Source of the DNA: Neocallimastix sp. 'constans'
Lineage: Eukaryota
Assembly: GCA_050613775.1 (NCBI GenBank)
Contig: JBODTK010000105.1
Span: 1 to 64,000, forward strand
Direction: 5' to 3'
Length of the DNA stretch: 64,000 bases
Shown here: positions 1 to 13,400 of the stretch, in pieces
Layout of the letters: every line of letters begins with the position of its first letter
Position numbering within the stretch: position 1 is the first letter of the stretch
The notes under the pieces: model-generated
Databases searched by the model: none
What the model was told of the DNA's origin: nothing
The model's input: the letters and a program-made list of their open reading frames with translations, nothing else
Position numbers and translations under genes: made by a program

Positions 1-696
1 TCGACGCTACACTCTCGGAAACGGTAGATTCAATGGAATAATCATTTCATCATCAATCTAAAAGATCGACAAATTAATTTAAAAAAAAAAAAAAAAAAGG
101 TATTACATTGGTTAGAAACTTCTGCTAATCCCCACAAAATACGGGAACAGTTGACAAAGTTGAACTTTTTTGTTTAAAAAATATTATCAACTAATTGTCT
201 TTCTTTCCCCCCATCATTAATTTTATTTTTTTTTTTTTTTTTTTTTTTGAAATATATTGAATGCCCCCGCCAAGAAGAGCCCTCAATATATATATATAAT
301 AATAAATATTATTATCCTAATCCTTTTCTGAATCGAAAGAAAACATCCAAGGGATTTTTGTTCAATTATCATTGCAAAACATTAAAAAGAGATCATCTAG
401 AAAAAAAAAAAAAAAAAAAAAAAAAAGGTAAAAATTTATTTCTGTAAAATTTTCCAATTCTTTACAGGCAAAGATCCTGTGAGAAAAGCTAGGTTACACT
501 AATACTAACACCACAACAAGGGACAACATTTAGGACAAATCTTCTGAGACGAATTTTTCTTTTAATAATAATGGAAATACTAATTGTCGAATTTAAAAAA
601 AAAAAAATCCACTACCTAATTCGAGAAATCCAAAAGAATACCAATGGATACTTTAGGATATTGAAATGTTAAAGTTTCTGATTTCTGAAATAAATC

Positions 697-728
<32 letters not shown>

Positions 729-1097
729 ATTCTCCTTGTAAATAATTGCTTTTTTTTTTTAACTTTTGAGGGTTTAAAAAGACATTACTTTCCTAATAAA
801 ACTTTTTTATTTCACTTGGTTTTTTTTTTTTTTACCATTTAATTTCTTATCCAAAGTCCTTGATTCTTTAGTCCATGAGTAATGTGACATAGTAGGAATA
901 TTATTAGTGAGGTGATTAATAATAAATGATGAATTTTTTCCATTTTCTAAAGCAATCGTAATTGAGATATTGCACAGATAGCTGAAAAGAGGAGGTATTC
1001 TCAATTATACCATTATATGAGTAGTAATATCCTAGAGACTAACAGAAAAAATTGTGAGATTTAAATCCATAAACTCCAATAAATTTCCTCTATTAAT

Positions 1098-1134
<37 letters not shown>

Positions 1135-4100
1135 AGCTTTAGAACATCTGTTCTTATTTGAACCAAAGAGAGGAGCATAATATAAAACAAGACTAAGAAT
1201 AAACGAAATTAAAACATATTTCTTTAATGGGAGAGGAATAGATTTATTAATAAGAAATCGAAAGTACAAATTTTATTAGTAAACAATCTTTTAAAAAATA
1301 ATTTGTAAACCAACATTAATAAAGAGAAAATACCACAATAATTACTGCAATCCAAAAGATCTCCCTTTTTTTTTTTGGAATTGATATTATAGAAGCCGAA
1401 TTCCACTCTTCAGGGAAATCACCATCCCAGATTTTGTTAAAATAATGAAAAGTAAACATTTAGCACACTTAGAGTAGTGATCATCTGAAGAATCATCTTG
1501 ATTATCGGATAAATCAGATTTACTAAAGAAGGTTTTAAAAAATTCAATCGGAATACCATCGGGTCCAAGGAGCTTTATTATTATCTTTTTTTTTTTTTTT
1601 TCATATCAAGCACCGGTGTTTTTGAATTTCTTCTTCCATAGTCATAGAATCATTAATATCCCCAAGAAGGATTATTATTAGGATTACTTCCAAATAAACT
1701 TACCCAGTATTCATTATCCAAAGTGTGTTGAGTCACATCAGAAGCTAGTTCACTGTAATGTTCAGCAAATCGATTTAATTTAATTGACTTCGAATGAGAA
1801 AATATAAAAAAAAAAAAAAAAAGTTACCCTGCTTGTCCTTTAAAACGCTTGAAGAAATAGAATTAGAGTACATAGGGTGAGATAGCTTCTTTAATTTTAA
1901 CCAAGCACTCCCTGCCTTTTTATTACGATAATCATTACATGCTGATTCTATTGACGGATGAAATTGTTTTGATTTAATAGAAAACTTAATTAACCTAACA
2001 TTATACCACATATATTTTTATATTCACGAAAAGCAAATTTAAAAAAATTCATCAAGCTTTTCAAGATTAGGACCTAAAGAAAAAAAAATTTTTTTTTTTT
2101 TTTTTTTGATTTCATTAAATGCCACAATGCTTTTCATGAGAAAGAAAGTTTCTTGATATAATAAGGGCAAGTGGAAAGCTGAGCCTTTTAAGATCACAAG
2201 GAACTCTATAGCATGAACTTTATCACCAACTTTATTAGCTGTTTCTATAAATTTATTGACCATCTCATTAGAGAACTTAATTCTTTATTATCATTAAATT
2301 CATTAAGAAGAAATGGAGAAGTAGTTACTTGAGAATATTTCATTATGCTTTTCATTACATATGTGTTGGGGGACCATTTGAATCTTCTAGAAGGAGTAAG
2401 GAGCACGAAAACCTTCTGAGTCATCTTTCTTACAGGAAAGAATAAGAGGGAAGTGGTCGTGATATAGCATTGAAGGTACTACAAACAGGATACCTTATTA
2501 ATGTATTCCTTTCATTTTACCATTAAATAAAAACATGATCAATACAAGACGATCTACCACCCCGAGCCCATGTGAACTCGAGACCTGATAAGTTTTTTTA
2601 TATGAACCCCTGATGAGATGATTTATTAAGTAAACTTTCTAATTGGGATTTAGACATATTAAAGTCACCTACAAGAATAGAATAGAAGGTGGATTAGTAT
2701 GTTTCTTTATCCAGTTAGTAATTTCTGAAAAGGCATTCTTTCTTTCTTCCTTAGGAGTGACCGTAAGAACTTAAATATTACCAAATAGTGCATTTAATTC
2801 CCCAAAAAGAACTTAATATTGACAGAAATGATATACTTATATTCAAAAGGATCAGGAGAAAATGAACAAGAAGGATGTACACTTATACTAAGACCTCTCA
2901 TACTGGGAATATTTGGATTAGTTTTTTTGGTAAAATTGTATTATTGTGACAAATAAATGGGTAATTATTTGAATGTACATTAAGGTATTAGCTATTACCG
3001 ACCTCTTGCATGCAAATACAGAATAGGTTTAAAAAATTTCATTAAAGTATCTAATACCATCACGTTTTTTTCATCATTCCATCCATTAATGTTCCAACTG
3101 ACACAAATATTGAAGAATTGAGTAGACGGTGAGTAAATACTACTCTATAGAAAATCTTTAACCATTGATTTAGTTTCAAAAGAAGAAAATTTATTGTTGA
3201 ATTTCTTAACTTCACTGAAAGTTCGGATTTTGTTGGTTTGGCTCCCATTTTTAATATTTTATTGATTGGAAAGCAATGGGTAAGAAGAAATAAAATATTT
3301 AGATAATAAGTGGGTTTATCATAGTTTATCACAGGTATAGTTGTTGCTGACTTTGAAGAAGTATTATCCATTTCAAGAAAGCCTAAAAAATAAAATTAAT
3401 AAAAGAATAAAATAAAAAAAGATCAAAATAAAAAAAAAAATAAAAATATTAATTAAAAAATAGGTAAAAAAAAAATTTTTTTTTTAATATATATAATAAA
3501 ATAAAATAAAAATAAAAGAGAAAGTAAATTCCTTTTAAATAGTATATATATAAAAAAAAATATTGGTGTTGAATATATGAAAGTTTGAAAATATATAATT
3601 GTTCTTGATGATTTTAATAGTTTTTAGATTTTGTAAATAATTGATTTTATCCGGTATTACTGATATAATATTTATAAATTTACACAAAGGTCAGAAATTT
3701 ATTGATATAAAATTACTTGTATATACTGTTAAAATGAATAATTATTTCTTTTTATCTTTTGACTGATTGTAATTCTTTCAATTAATAAAGCTCTTTACGA
3801 TGTTAAAAATTTTCTGTTGAATAATCATCAAATTAGCTAAAAGTAGATTTAAAAAAAAAAGAAAAATATTAGTAGAGAAAGACTATATAAAAAAGATTCC
3901 CGTCCTTTAAATAATGTCTTAAACACAAGCTTTGGAGTGAATCAATCTCATACATTTCCATTTTACAATAGCTACATGAAAATATAAATAATACTATAGA
4001 AAAATACATATACAAGATAATGCTAAAGTAAAAAAAATACAATAGATTCATTACAATGATAATATGTTAAAACTACATGATATTATTAATTATACAACTC

Positions 4101-4452
4101 CAAGGTTACTACATATCCAGTTTAAAACAATATAAAACATCAGGTTCACTTTCTACAGTCTTCCAGTATTCCAGTTTTCTCTCTTCGTACTAGAAGCCAC
4201 TTTAGAAAGGATAACCATGGATTATCATCAGAATCACAGAAAGCTGTCATTAGTACATCTGATATAGGTTATTCCTTTTCCATCAACCTTCCATGGACCT
4301 GGAAAAACAGTCCACCTCATTGGGAGGGGGAAAGTTCTGGTTTATATAAAAAATTGAGATTGTAAATAAATTAAAAAAATAATTAAAAAAAAAAAAAAAT
4401 TTTTTTATTGTTATACTATTTTTGCTGATCCCCCCTCAGAAATCCGACAGCC
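1..4452 (-). mobile_element. Decayed non-LTR retrotransposon (APE endonuclease + RT, family A); runs off the left edge
   Basis: Reverse complement is near-identical to 61465-64000 (MDNTSSKSATTIP vs MDNTFSNSATIP; SWNING and QEVG endonuclease motifs at about 2990-3100). GPDGIPIEFFK motif at about 1535-1565, RT-region remnants toward the left. Many frameshifts and homopolymer expansions. Confidence 0.85.
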
Positions 4453-4472
4453 TTGATAAGAATAATAAAACC

Positions 4473-7400
4473 CTATATAAAGTCCTCTTTTACCGGTAAT
4501 TTAGGATTAGGATTAGGATCAGGATCTTTTTGAAGAGGGCCATAATAGATATAAATATGAAGTTTATAGCTACGAATATTCATCTTATTTACGATAATAT
4601 TAGCAGCATAAATAGCATTCTGAATATCTTTTACAGAATTGATATGGGAAATCATGACGGCTAAAGGAGTTGGATTTTCAAGGTCAGGTTGTGGGATAAA
4701 CTTGGTCACCTTCATACCATTGACGATAGGATAAATTTTTTCACGGGTTTCCATCATCCTTCTTTGATTATTATTAAACTTTTTACCACCAAGCCATTCT
4801 TCCCAGGTGACATTTGGCATACTCTTACATGGTGTGATGTAATCGGCTTTACTAAAGATTAACCAAGTCATTAAGCGAGTTAAACCGACGTAACCATTTT
4901 GAATGAAACGAGGCATGCTATCACTGTAACATAAACTGAGAAGATGCTTACGCCAGAAAATATCATGATCCCAAAGGATGAGTTGAGCGTTATAGAGAGC
5001 CTTTGCCACGACGCCAATGATCGCTTGAACTCCATGATGAGAGGCATGGAAAACGGAAACATTTGGAATTTTAGTGGTAATTGGAAGCAATAATCGAGTG
5101 GTAAGAGAGAAAAGCATCTCAATTTCAGAAACGGTTGGTATTTCGATACTGAGAATATTACCTCGATTTAATTCCTTTTTACAATGTTCTAACCAGGTCT
5201 TCAACCAACAAATTCGAGTCTTCTTATGATTCCAAGAGATAGACCAATCACACTTTTGAAAGTAGAGATAAAAATCAATGAAAAGTTTTTCATAACGATC
5301 CAAATTATTTTCGGTAAACTTAGTTTCCACCATCCCTTGGATAAGAAGTTTAACCAACGGAAGGAAGATAGATTCAATAATATTATCTCTGGTGGCCTGC
5401 GTCTTTCGACGTAGCGAAAGATAGTCATGATCACCACAGTAGATATTTTCATGAGGTGAAGGGAAATCAAAATCATTATCCCAAAGTGGAAGGCAATGAA
5501 TCGAAGTAATATTTTTTTCTATTTGGAAATTTCGTTGAACCAATTCCTTTCTTCTTCTTCTTCTTCCAATTTCAACAATAGCCGTCCAACGAAGATGATC
5601 TAAATAATCAATTAAATCTCTACGACAGTTACCAACACTACCACCACCCGTTGGCCAAGTACCACTATCCAAATTGACAACCTCTAAAATTTCATCAATA
5701 TTATTACCATCATTATCATCATTACTATTGCCATGACTTTTATCATTACAGTTATCATTACAGTTATCATTATGATTATCCTTTGAAAAATTATTATTGT
5801 AATGATTACGATGATTATAATCATAATCATAATCATCATAACCATCATCATTACCATCATCATTACCATCATCATTATCAAAATAATAATTACTTATGTC
5901 AATACTTATATCATTATTATAATCATTATACATACTATTACTATCATCATTGATGGAGATGGTCTGGGTCTGTGGATCATGAATTGAAGGTAAAATAATA
6001 TTTGGTTGGAAGGACTTACTTTTTGAATGCGAAATAGTAGAAATGTAAGAAAAGCTAGGATGGGTAACCTCGGCATTAGTATTAGTATTAGTATTAGTAT
6101 CAATATTAGTATCAGTATTAGTATTGACATTAGTTCCAACCTTAGTATTAGCATTAGTAATGACATTAGTACCAACTTTAGTATCAGTATTAGTATTAGT
6201 ACCAATCTTTGCTCTTTGAATCCTTAAGGCTTTAGAGGAAGATCTTTCGATAGCATCTCCACCGGTGGCTAAAATGGCTAAATCGTTAAATCGAAGGGGA
6301 AGGTTAGAAGGAAGGGTTGGAAGATCATTAATCATTAAAATAGTATCTAGAGCCTCCGCTTCCCTTTGAAGATCTTGACAAGCCCTTTTACGATAACCCA
6401 TATCACGATGTTTCCAGTAGGATTGAAGGGTTTTTTCCTTACGAAGAATAGCTTCATCAATATCACGAGCGAATACACCTGCTAGATTACTAGCTTTCCA
6501 AAAATTCCAAAGTTCTTGACGACATCGTGGAGTACTGTAAGGTTCGGTAAAATAAGAAATTTTTTTACCTTTCTTGGAGAAGATAGGGAAGGATTTTGAT
6601 TCCTTATAAAGGTAATAGGTTAAAAGTTCATTATTAAAGTAAAAAGAGTGGGGAGGAGAACGGCTTAAAAGACCATAAGGATCTTCAGCAATTTCCTTAG
6701 GGGTAGGGACTGGAATTGGGTTGAATTTTTCTTCTCCGGAGGCATCCGAGGAGGAGAGTAAGACGGTTGTATTCTTAACATAATAAGGATGAGAATAATC
6801 AAATTCAGTGACATATTCATTTTGTGGATCAGTTAACGAATAAAAATGAACCTTTTTTAATTTTGGAGAAGTTAGAGTTAGTGAAGAGGGAGAAGGAATT
6901 GAAAAAGAACTTGGAGGAGTACCTTTACTAAATTTAGGGTCATCATTTCTCCATTTTTCTGCATAGTAAACGACCATGACCCACTTTTCACTTTTACATT
7001 TATAGGTTGTAAAGTCGTGTTGCGCGTAATGGAGGGTCGTATTCTCATGATCATAGGTATAGGTGACTTGAATATCAACGGGTTCACCATGACGGTTACG
7101 AACATGAAGTACCGACATCGTAATGAGGGATAATTCATTACCGGTAAGGTAGTGTTCTTCACAGAGTTCAGGAGAATTTGCTATTTGAACGAAATCTCTA
7201 CAGTTGGCACTACTAATTTCTCCATAAAGTTTATAAATTTTTCTAGGGAAGAGCTGACATTCATTAGTATATTCATAGTAGGTGGTGAAGAGAACATTCC
7301 TATTAGCATCGAGTTCATGTTCCTTAACTAATTGACCAGTATTATAATTAAAGAAACCGATACTGAAGGGTCTATCATTTTCAGTAGGTTTCCAATCTAC

Positions 7401-10400
7401 CGTTGTAGCCTTAGTTTGTTGTTGTTGATGGAAGCGAGTGGAGACGAGATATCCTTTGTGATGACCTTCTATTAAACTGACGACATGATTTAAGGAAGAA
7501 TTATACGAATGAATACGTTCAATTTGATTTTCTTTATTGTAGTAGTGATCACGGAAACGGCCCCTCTTCATTTGGACCAATAAATTCTTGATATTATTTT
7601 CGGAGAGGTAAAATTTCTTTGTGAGTATCCAACGAATTTTATGGGATATCTTGAAAATGATGAAAAAGAGGAGACGAGTGAAGTAAAAATGATGAGTACT
7701 ACTACTGAATTCACGACCAAAACGATCATCCCCTGTCAACGCTAAATAGATAATAAATTCTAATTCTTCTAAGCCCTCAATAAACTTATTACGAATATTA
7801 GAAATAACATTAATACTATTAGAAGAGGAAGAATTAAAAGGATTAGAAGAAGAAGATGATGATGAAGATGATGAAGAAGAAGAAGTAAAAGAAGAAGAAG
7901 AAGAAGTAAAAGATTTATTTCCTCGCTTCATTCTTTCTTTCAAACTTACTGGTAATTTACGACTAATGGAACGAGAGAGACTGTATCGACGATTAAATCG
8001 TTCCTTTGAGGCTTGTTTCTTTAAGGAACGTTTACGATTTAACCTAATTTCCTTTGGTAATTTTTCGCTGATACAGAAATCGTTGATTCTTCGAGCAATG
8101 TAAATGGAAAGAACGGAAAGAGCAATAATTTGATTCATTTTCATTAAACTATTATGTTTCTTATGAAGCAATCGATTTAAGTCACTTGGAATCCTACCGT
8201 TAATACTGATGCTTTCAATATTATAATTTTTCGAGATACGATTAATGTATTTATACCAGATCGTATTGAGTTGAATGAGGAAGAGTTTCGTGTTACGTTT
8301 TAACCTTTCCCATTCACTATCGATATCAATATCAAAGAGGGCCTTTTTCTTTTCTAATTCAACATAGCCATAGATCAACTTTTTTAATTCACGTTTATCT
8401 GAGACACAAATTTGATAGAGATAACGAATGGGAAGTTCACCAAGGTTTTCACCATTTTTCATTAAAAGTTCTAACAGAGCCGCTTCAGCATGAGAATAAC
8501 CTGCATTTTGTTCAGCAAATTCATGAACTACAGCAGCAGCTACCCATTCAGTAATCTTAGGATTAATTTGATCAGACGTAGTATAGTCGGAAGTAATTTG
8601 AGGAAGGAAAGTATACACCACGAGAATATCTTTTTCTTTAATTTTATGAGAGATAGCACAATACCGTTCACCACGAATATTAAAGACTTCCTCTGGTGCA
8701 ATTTTAACCTTAATACCACCATTATAGAAGCATTCATAGATGTCTTGAAGTAAATCATCGGCATCAGGGAAACAAATTTTTAGGATATTACGAGAAGAAA
8801 GCGTTCTAAAATTATCTTTAGCATCCAAGATTTTTCCATAGACACTTTTCAAGAGAATTTCGGAAGGAGTAATGAAATTCTTATGAGCAATTTTTCTAAG
8901 ATAAATTTCTAAATTTTCACGTGCTAATATATCATTCTTTTGACCGATAAAACGTTGACCAGAAGAGGCTAGATGTAGAAAAGGAGAAGATGAAGCTGAA
9001 GAAGATGAAGAAAAAGAAAAAAGAGAATGATGTGGTGGTGGTGTTGGAATTGATGGTAGTGATGGAGATGGAGATGGAGATGGAGATGGAAATGGAAATG
9101 GAAATGGAGATGAAGAGGGGGGAGAAGAGAGATGAAGAGAGTAATGAACCTCTGAGTTGAACCTACCATAGTATATAATGACGGCTATACTACAGAAGAG
9201 CCAACCACTAATACAGGTAGAATAAAAGGAATAAAGTGGGGTACCGACATAGAATTTTAAGAAGGCAGAGACTCCGATACCGAAAAGGATGATGATAATT
9301 AAGTATTTATTTAGACGAACCTCGCATTCACGAGATAAGAAGAAAAGTTTATGAAAGAGACCGATAAGGAAACCCACAAAACCAAAAGCTAAAATTCCAA
9401 AGGTTTGGAAAACCTTTTGATTATAGCCATGAATAAGAAAGATAATACCAGTTGTCATGAGAAGCATAACGAAAATGATGAAGAGAAATTTAATTAATTC
9501 TGTTCGATAGACATACATATTATTTTTTCTACATTGAATCATGATTTCTCTGGAAGTGAACCAATCTAAACGACTATTTTTTTCCTCTTCACCCTCATTC
9601 TTACTTACCAAGAGTTGATGAATAAACCACTTCAAAAAGCCGGAACAAATAAACAAGAAGAGAGTAGCGTAGAGGGAACCATAGAGATAATCTTCGAATG
9701 GAATATTCATTCTATTTTTTAATTGATCAGGTAAGAAGAGGTATGATTTTCCTTCAAGAATGAAAAAAGACCATTTATCAATGAAAATGTAAATAAAGTA
9801 AAAAATACCAAAGTATATGGCGACCCGCTCAAAATCGAATAATAAATCACCACGATTAATTTTTTCTTCTTGATTTTTCTTTCTTAATTCCTCGAGAGCT
9901 TCTTCCAACACCGTATCCCATTCTTGACTGTATTGTAAGGGAGCTGTAGTACCAGATCTTTGAAGGTACCAGTTCATTAATTCCTCTTCCCAATTTTGTT
10001 GTTGAATTCTTTCGTAAATAAGTGAATGATCATTACCGTTACCGGGGTTCAGATTGCGATTAGTGACATTTTTACTTGCTTCATTGATCATACTTCTATA
10101 ATAGATACGAGCAGAACGTTCCCATAAAGTCACACGTTTTAAATAATTATTTTGAGATTCCCCAACAAAAAGAGTTGGTTTTGGATGATTCAAGGCATAG
10201 AAATCTAAAATTTCTTCTTTGGTTGGAATCCTAATTTTATTGGTAAAGTTCAAGCAATCATGAGAGAGACGACGATAACCAAAAAGCATTACCAGGTTAG
10301 CGATCAAAAAACCTAAATCATAGATGGCAAGAATAATTTTAGAGTAGGAGGATTTTGTAACACCATCGATATTGGTATTTGTATTTATATCTACATTTGA

Positions 10401-13400
10401 ATTTATATTTATATTTAAATTTGTATTTAAATTTATATTTGAATAAGAATAGGTATCTGAATATGTATTTATATTTATATTTGTATTTGTATTTGTATTT
10501 GTATTTGTATTTGTATTTGTATTTGTATAGGTATCTATATTTGTATTTGAATATATATTTGCATTTGTATCTATATTTGTATTTGTATTCTTGAAGATAA
10601 AGTAACAAATGAGGTTTGGTATCAAGAGTATGACAGTACCTAGGAGAGCTAACATTGAACCCTTGTTTTTAAAGAACCAAACGTTAATATTTTTGATAGA
10701 ACTGAGATTAGCAAAAAGAATCAAGTAATGTCCGAAAAGGAAGGTATAGATAATAAAGAGAATCATGAGAATCACATCATAATTAGTACGGAAGAGGGTA
10801 CCAATACCAATGAGAATACTAGTGATACTTAGAATGATTAAACTAGCAGAATATCTTCTTAAGAAAGCAGCAGTCATTAAGGAGAAGGACTTATTGAAAT
10901 AGTAAAATGTACAAGTCCTCACCATTGAATTCATCAGTCCACCACAAATAGGGAACATTAGGATAAAGATGAAACTCAAGACATCCTTTGTCCTATTATC
11001 CATATAACCATTAATAAAAATACCAGAATTCATACAAAGAATCAGGATTAAATCGAGGATGATTGGATAAATGAAAAGGAAAGTATTCGCTAATGATCTA
11101 ACCATTTTAGTATCTGTTCCTTTATCCATATTATCTAGAATCGAATTTAAATTTTTTTTGATTTCACTGCTTTCTTTAACATTCTTACGAAGGAAAGGAT
11201 GCATATATTTTGCTAACTGATGGCTGTTGAGATCAAACATCATTTTTAAATTGGATGGAGTAGTTATCATTTCCATACCAACGGCGACTTGATCATAATC
11301 AGGAATAAAACATGGATTCATATTAATTAAGGAGGATTCCATGTTAATCCAAGCGACACGACGACAAGCTTTCCAAAACAGCATAAAAAGATAGGAAAGC
11401 GCCAAAGCTTCGGAGGAGTCCGTATGATAATGATTTCTAATCATAGAATCCATAATCCTATGACTGAACTCCCTAATTAATTTATCCCCAGATGGATCCA
11501 AAGTACAATAGGCAACAAATTCATACATTTCCCTTTCCGGTACATAGACCGGAGTATAACCTTTTTTCACTTGTTCCTTAATCTTATCGAGATAATCAAA
11601 CTTTTCTATCAAGAGATAATGAGAGTAATCAGAGACGTAACTCGCATAAGCAGTAAGTAATTCTCGTTCCACTGGATTTTTAATTTTATTTTCGAGGGAA
11701 CTTTGAGTTAAATAGGTATTACGAATAAAGTAGAATAATTCAGAGTAGGAACTGTTTTCAATTTCATAGAGGATACGGTGAGAGATGGGTAGGCTATCGG
11801 GTCGAGCTTGAGCCACAACCAAACTTTCCAGAAGTAAACATTTACCGGCGTCATGATAGAAGAATCTTCTAAAGTAACAATTGATGATTAATTCCACAAT
11901 ATTGGGTGTGTTTTCTGGGATAAAAATATAGAACCTATCATTATCATCAAGACCCATGATGGCCCAAACCTTTTTATAGGGTAAGTTTTCAGGACTTTCC
12001 TTTAAAATGAAAGAAGAATTGGTACTAATGTAGATAGATACTTGATTATTAATAAGCTTTTCACGAAGGTCCTTAAAATATTGGATAGCAACTTCATAGC
12101 CATCAAAGACTTCATTAAGAATACAATAAACTAATGAGGAAGGATGATGAATGATATCATCAATAAATTGAATAATTTCTTCCATTTCTGGTTGAGGTTT
12201 GTATTCATCATGGGATAAGGAATTGATGAGGTTATCATTGCCATTGCGATTCAAGAGGGCAGGAGATTTTGAATTATCCTGACGATTTGAAGGGGAAGGA
12301 GGTGGTACAGGTGAGTTAATAGATCTTAATAAATTCTTTTCTAAAAGATTAATCATGATATCGATGAGTTTAATTTCTACTTGTTTACGACGTTCATTAC
12401 CATAGGTTTCACCTATAGCAGTTGTACTGAAAACTCGATGATCTTGATTTGGGTTTTCCCAATGAATAGAGGTGATATTAACCGATTTAGAATTTTCATT
12501 GAGACTATCGGTACTCCTAACGATTTCAAATTCACTGTTATTCTTTTTCCTTTGGCTTAGGTTTAGGTTAATTTGATCGGTAAACGATTCTTGAATAACT
12601 TCATTGATCGACGGAAATTTTGGTTTCGGAGGTTGGAAAAGAAGAATATCCGAGAGTTCAATTTGAGTAACATTGGTAATCGAGGGAATACGTTTAGTAA
12701 TTTCTATTGGCAAATTTAGTTCATGAAGAACTTTATTCCAAATACTACGATTTAATGGCATATCCTTCCATTCCAATTGAGGTAACATTTTCATGATTAA
12801 TTGATGACAGGATTGAACGTCAGAAGAGGAACACATATCATAGATATCAAGATCATTCACATTTGAGAATTCTGGTGGACAAATGCATTTTAAGGAATTA
12901 AAATTAGGATCGAAAGAGATCCAACCTTTAAAGTTATTATTGATGAGCCATTTACGGTAGTAACTACGCTCTTGATAATATTGATGGAATTTTTTATGTT
13001 TAATTTTTTCTGGAGTTAAAACTTCGATATCGAGAACAATAAAATCTGTTCTTAAATTAATTTCATTTCTTAAGGCAGTGACATAATCTTGGAACTTCAT
13101 ATTATCCCATTCCCATCGAGATTTTACTCGTCCATTGGAATGGAAGACGACATTGAAAAGAAGGATACCATGAATTAAATCACGAATTTCTTCAAAGACA
13201 TTGATTTTAGTGATATCCGTGAAGATCGCGTAGTATGGGAAAATTTTTTTAAAATAAAAAAGGAATTGTTGACAATCCTCCATACCATATTTATTGATAA
13301 GATCTTGAAGATTTGAGAAGTAGAAACCCCAAATCCAATTAATTGAGCCCATTTCTATGACTTTTCTAATTCTATTAATAATGTACTCACCGATGGATAA

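Noticed and set aside
4880..10608. Short ORFs nested in the large synthase ORF
   Set aside because: Alternative-frame shadows, mostly from microsatellites.
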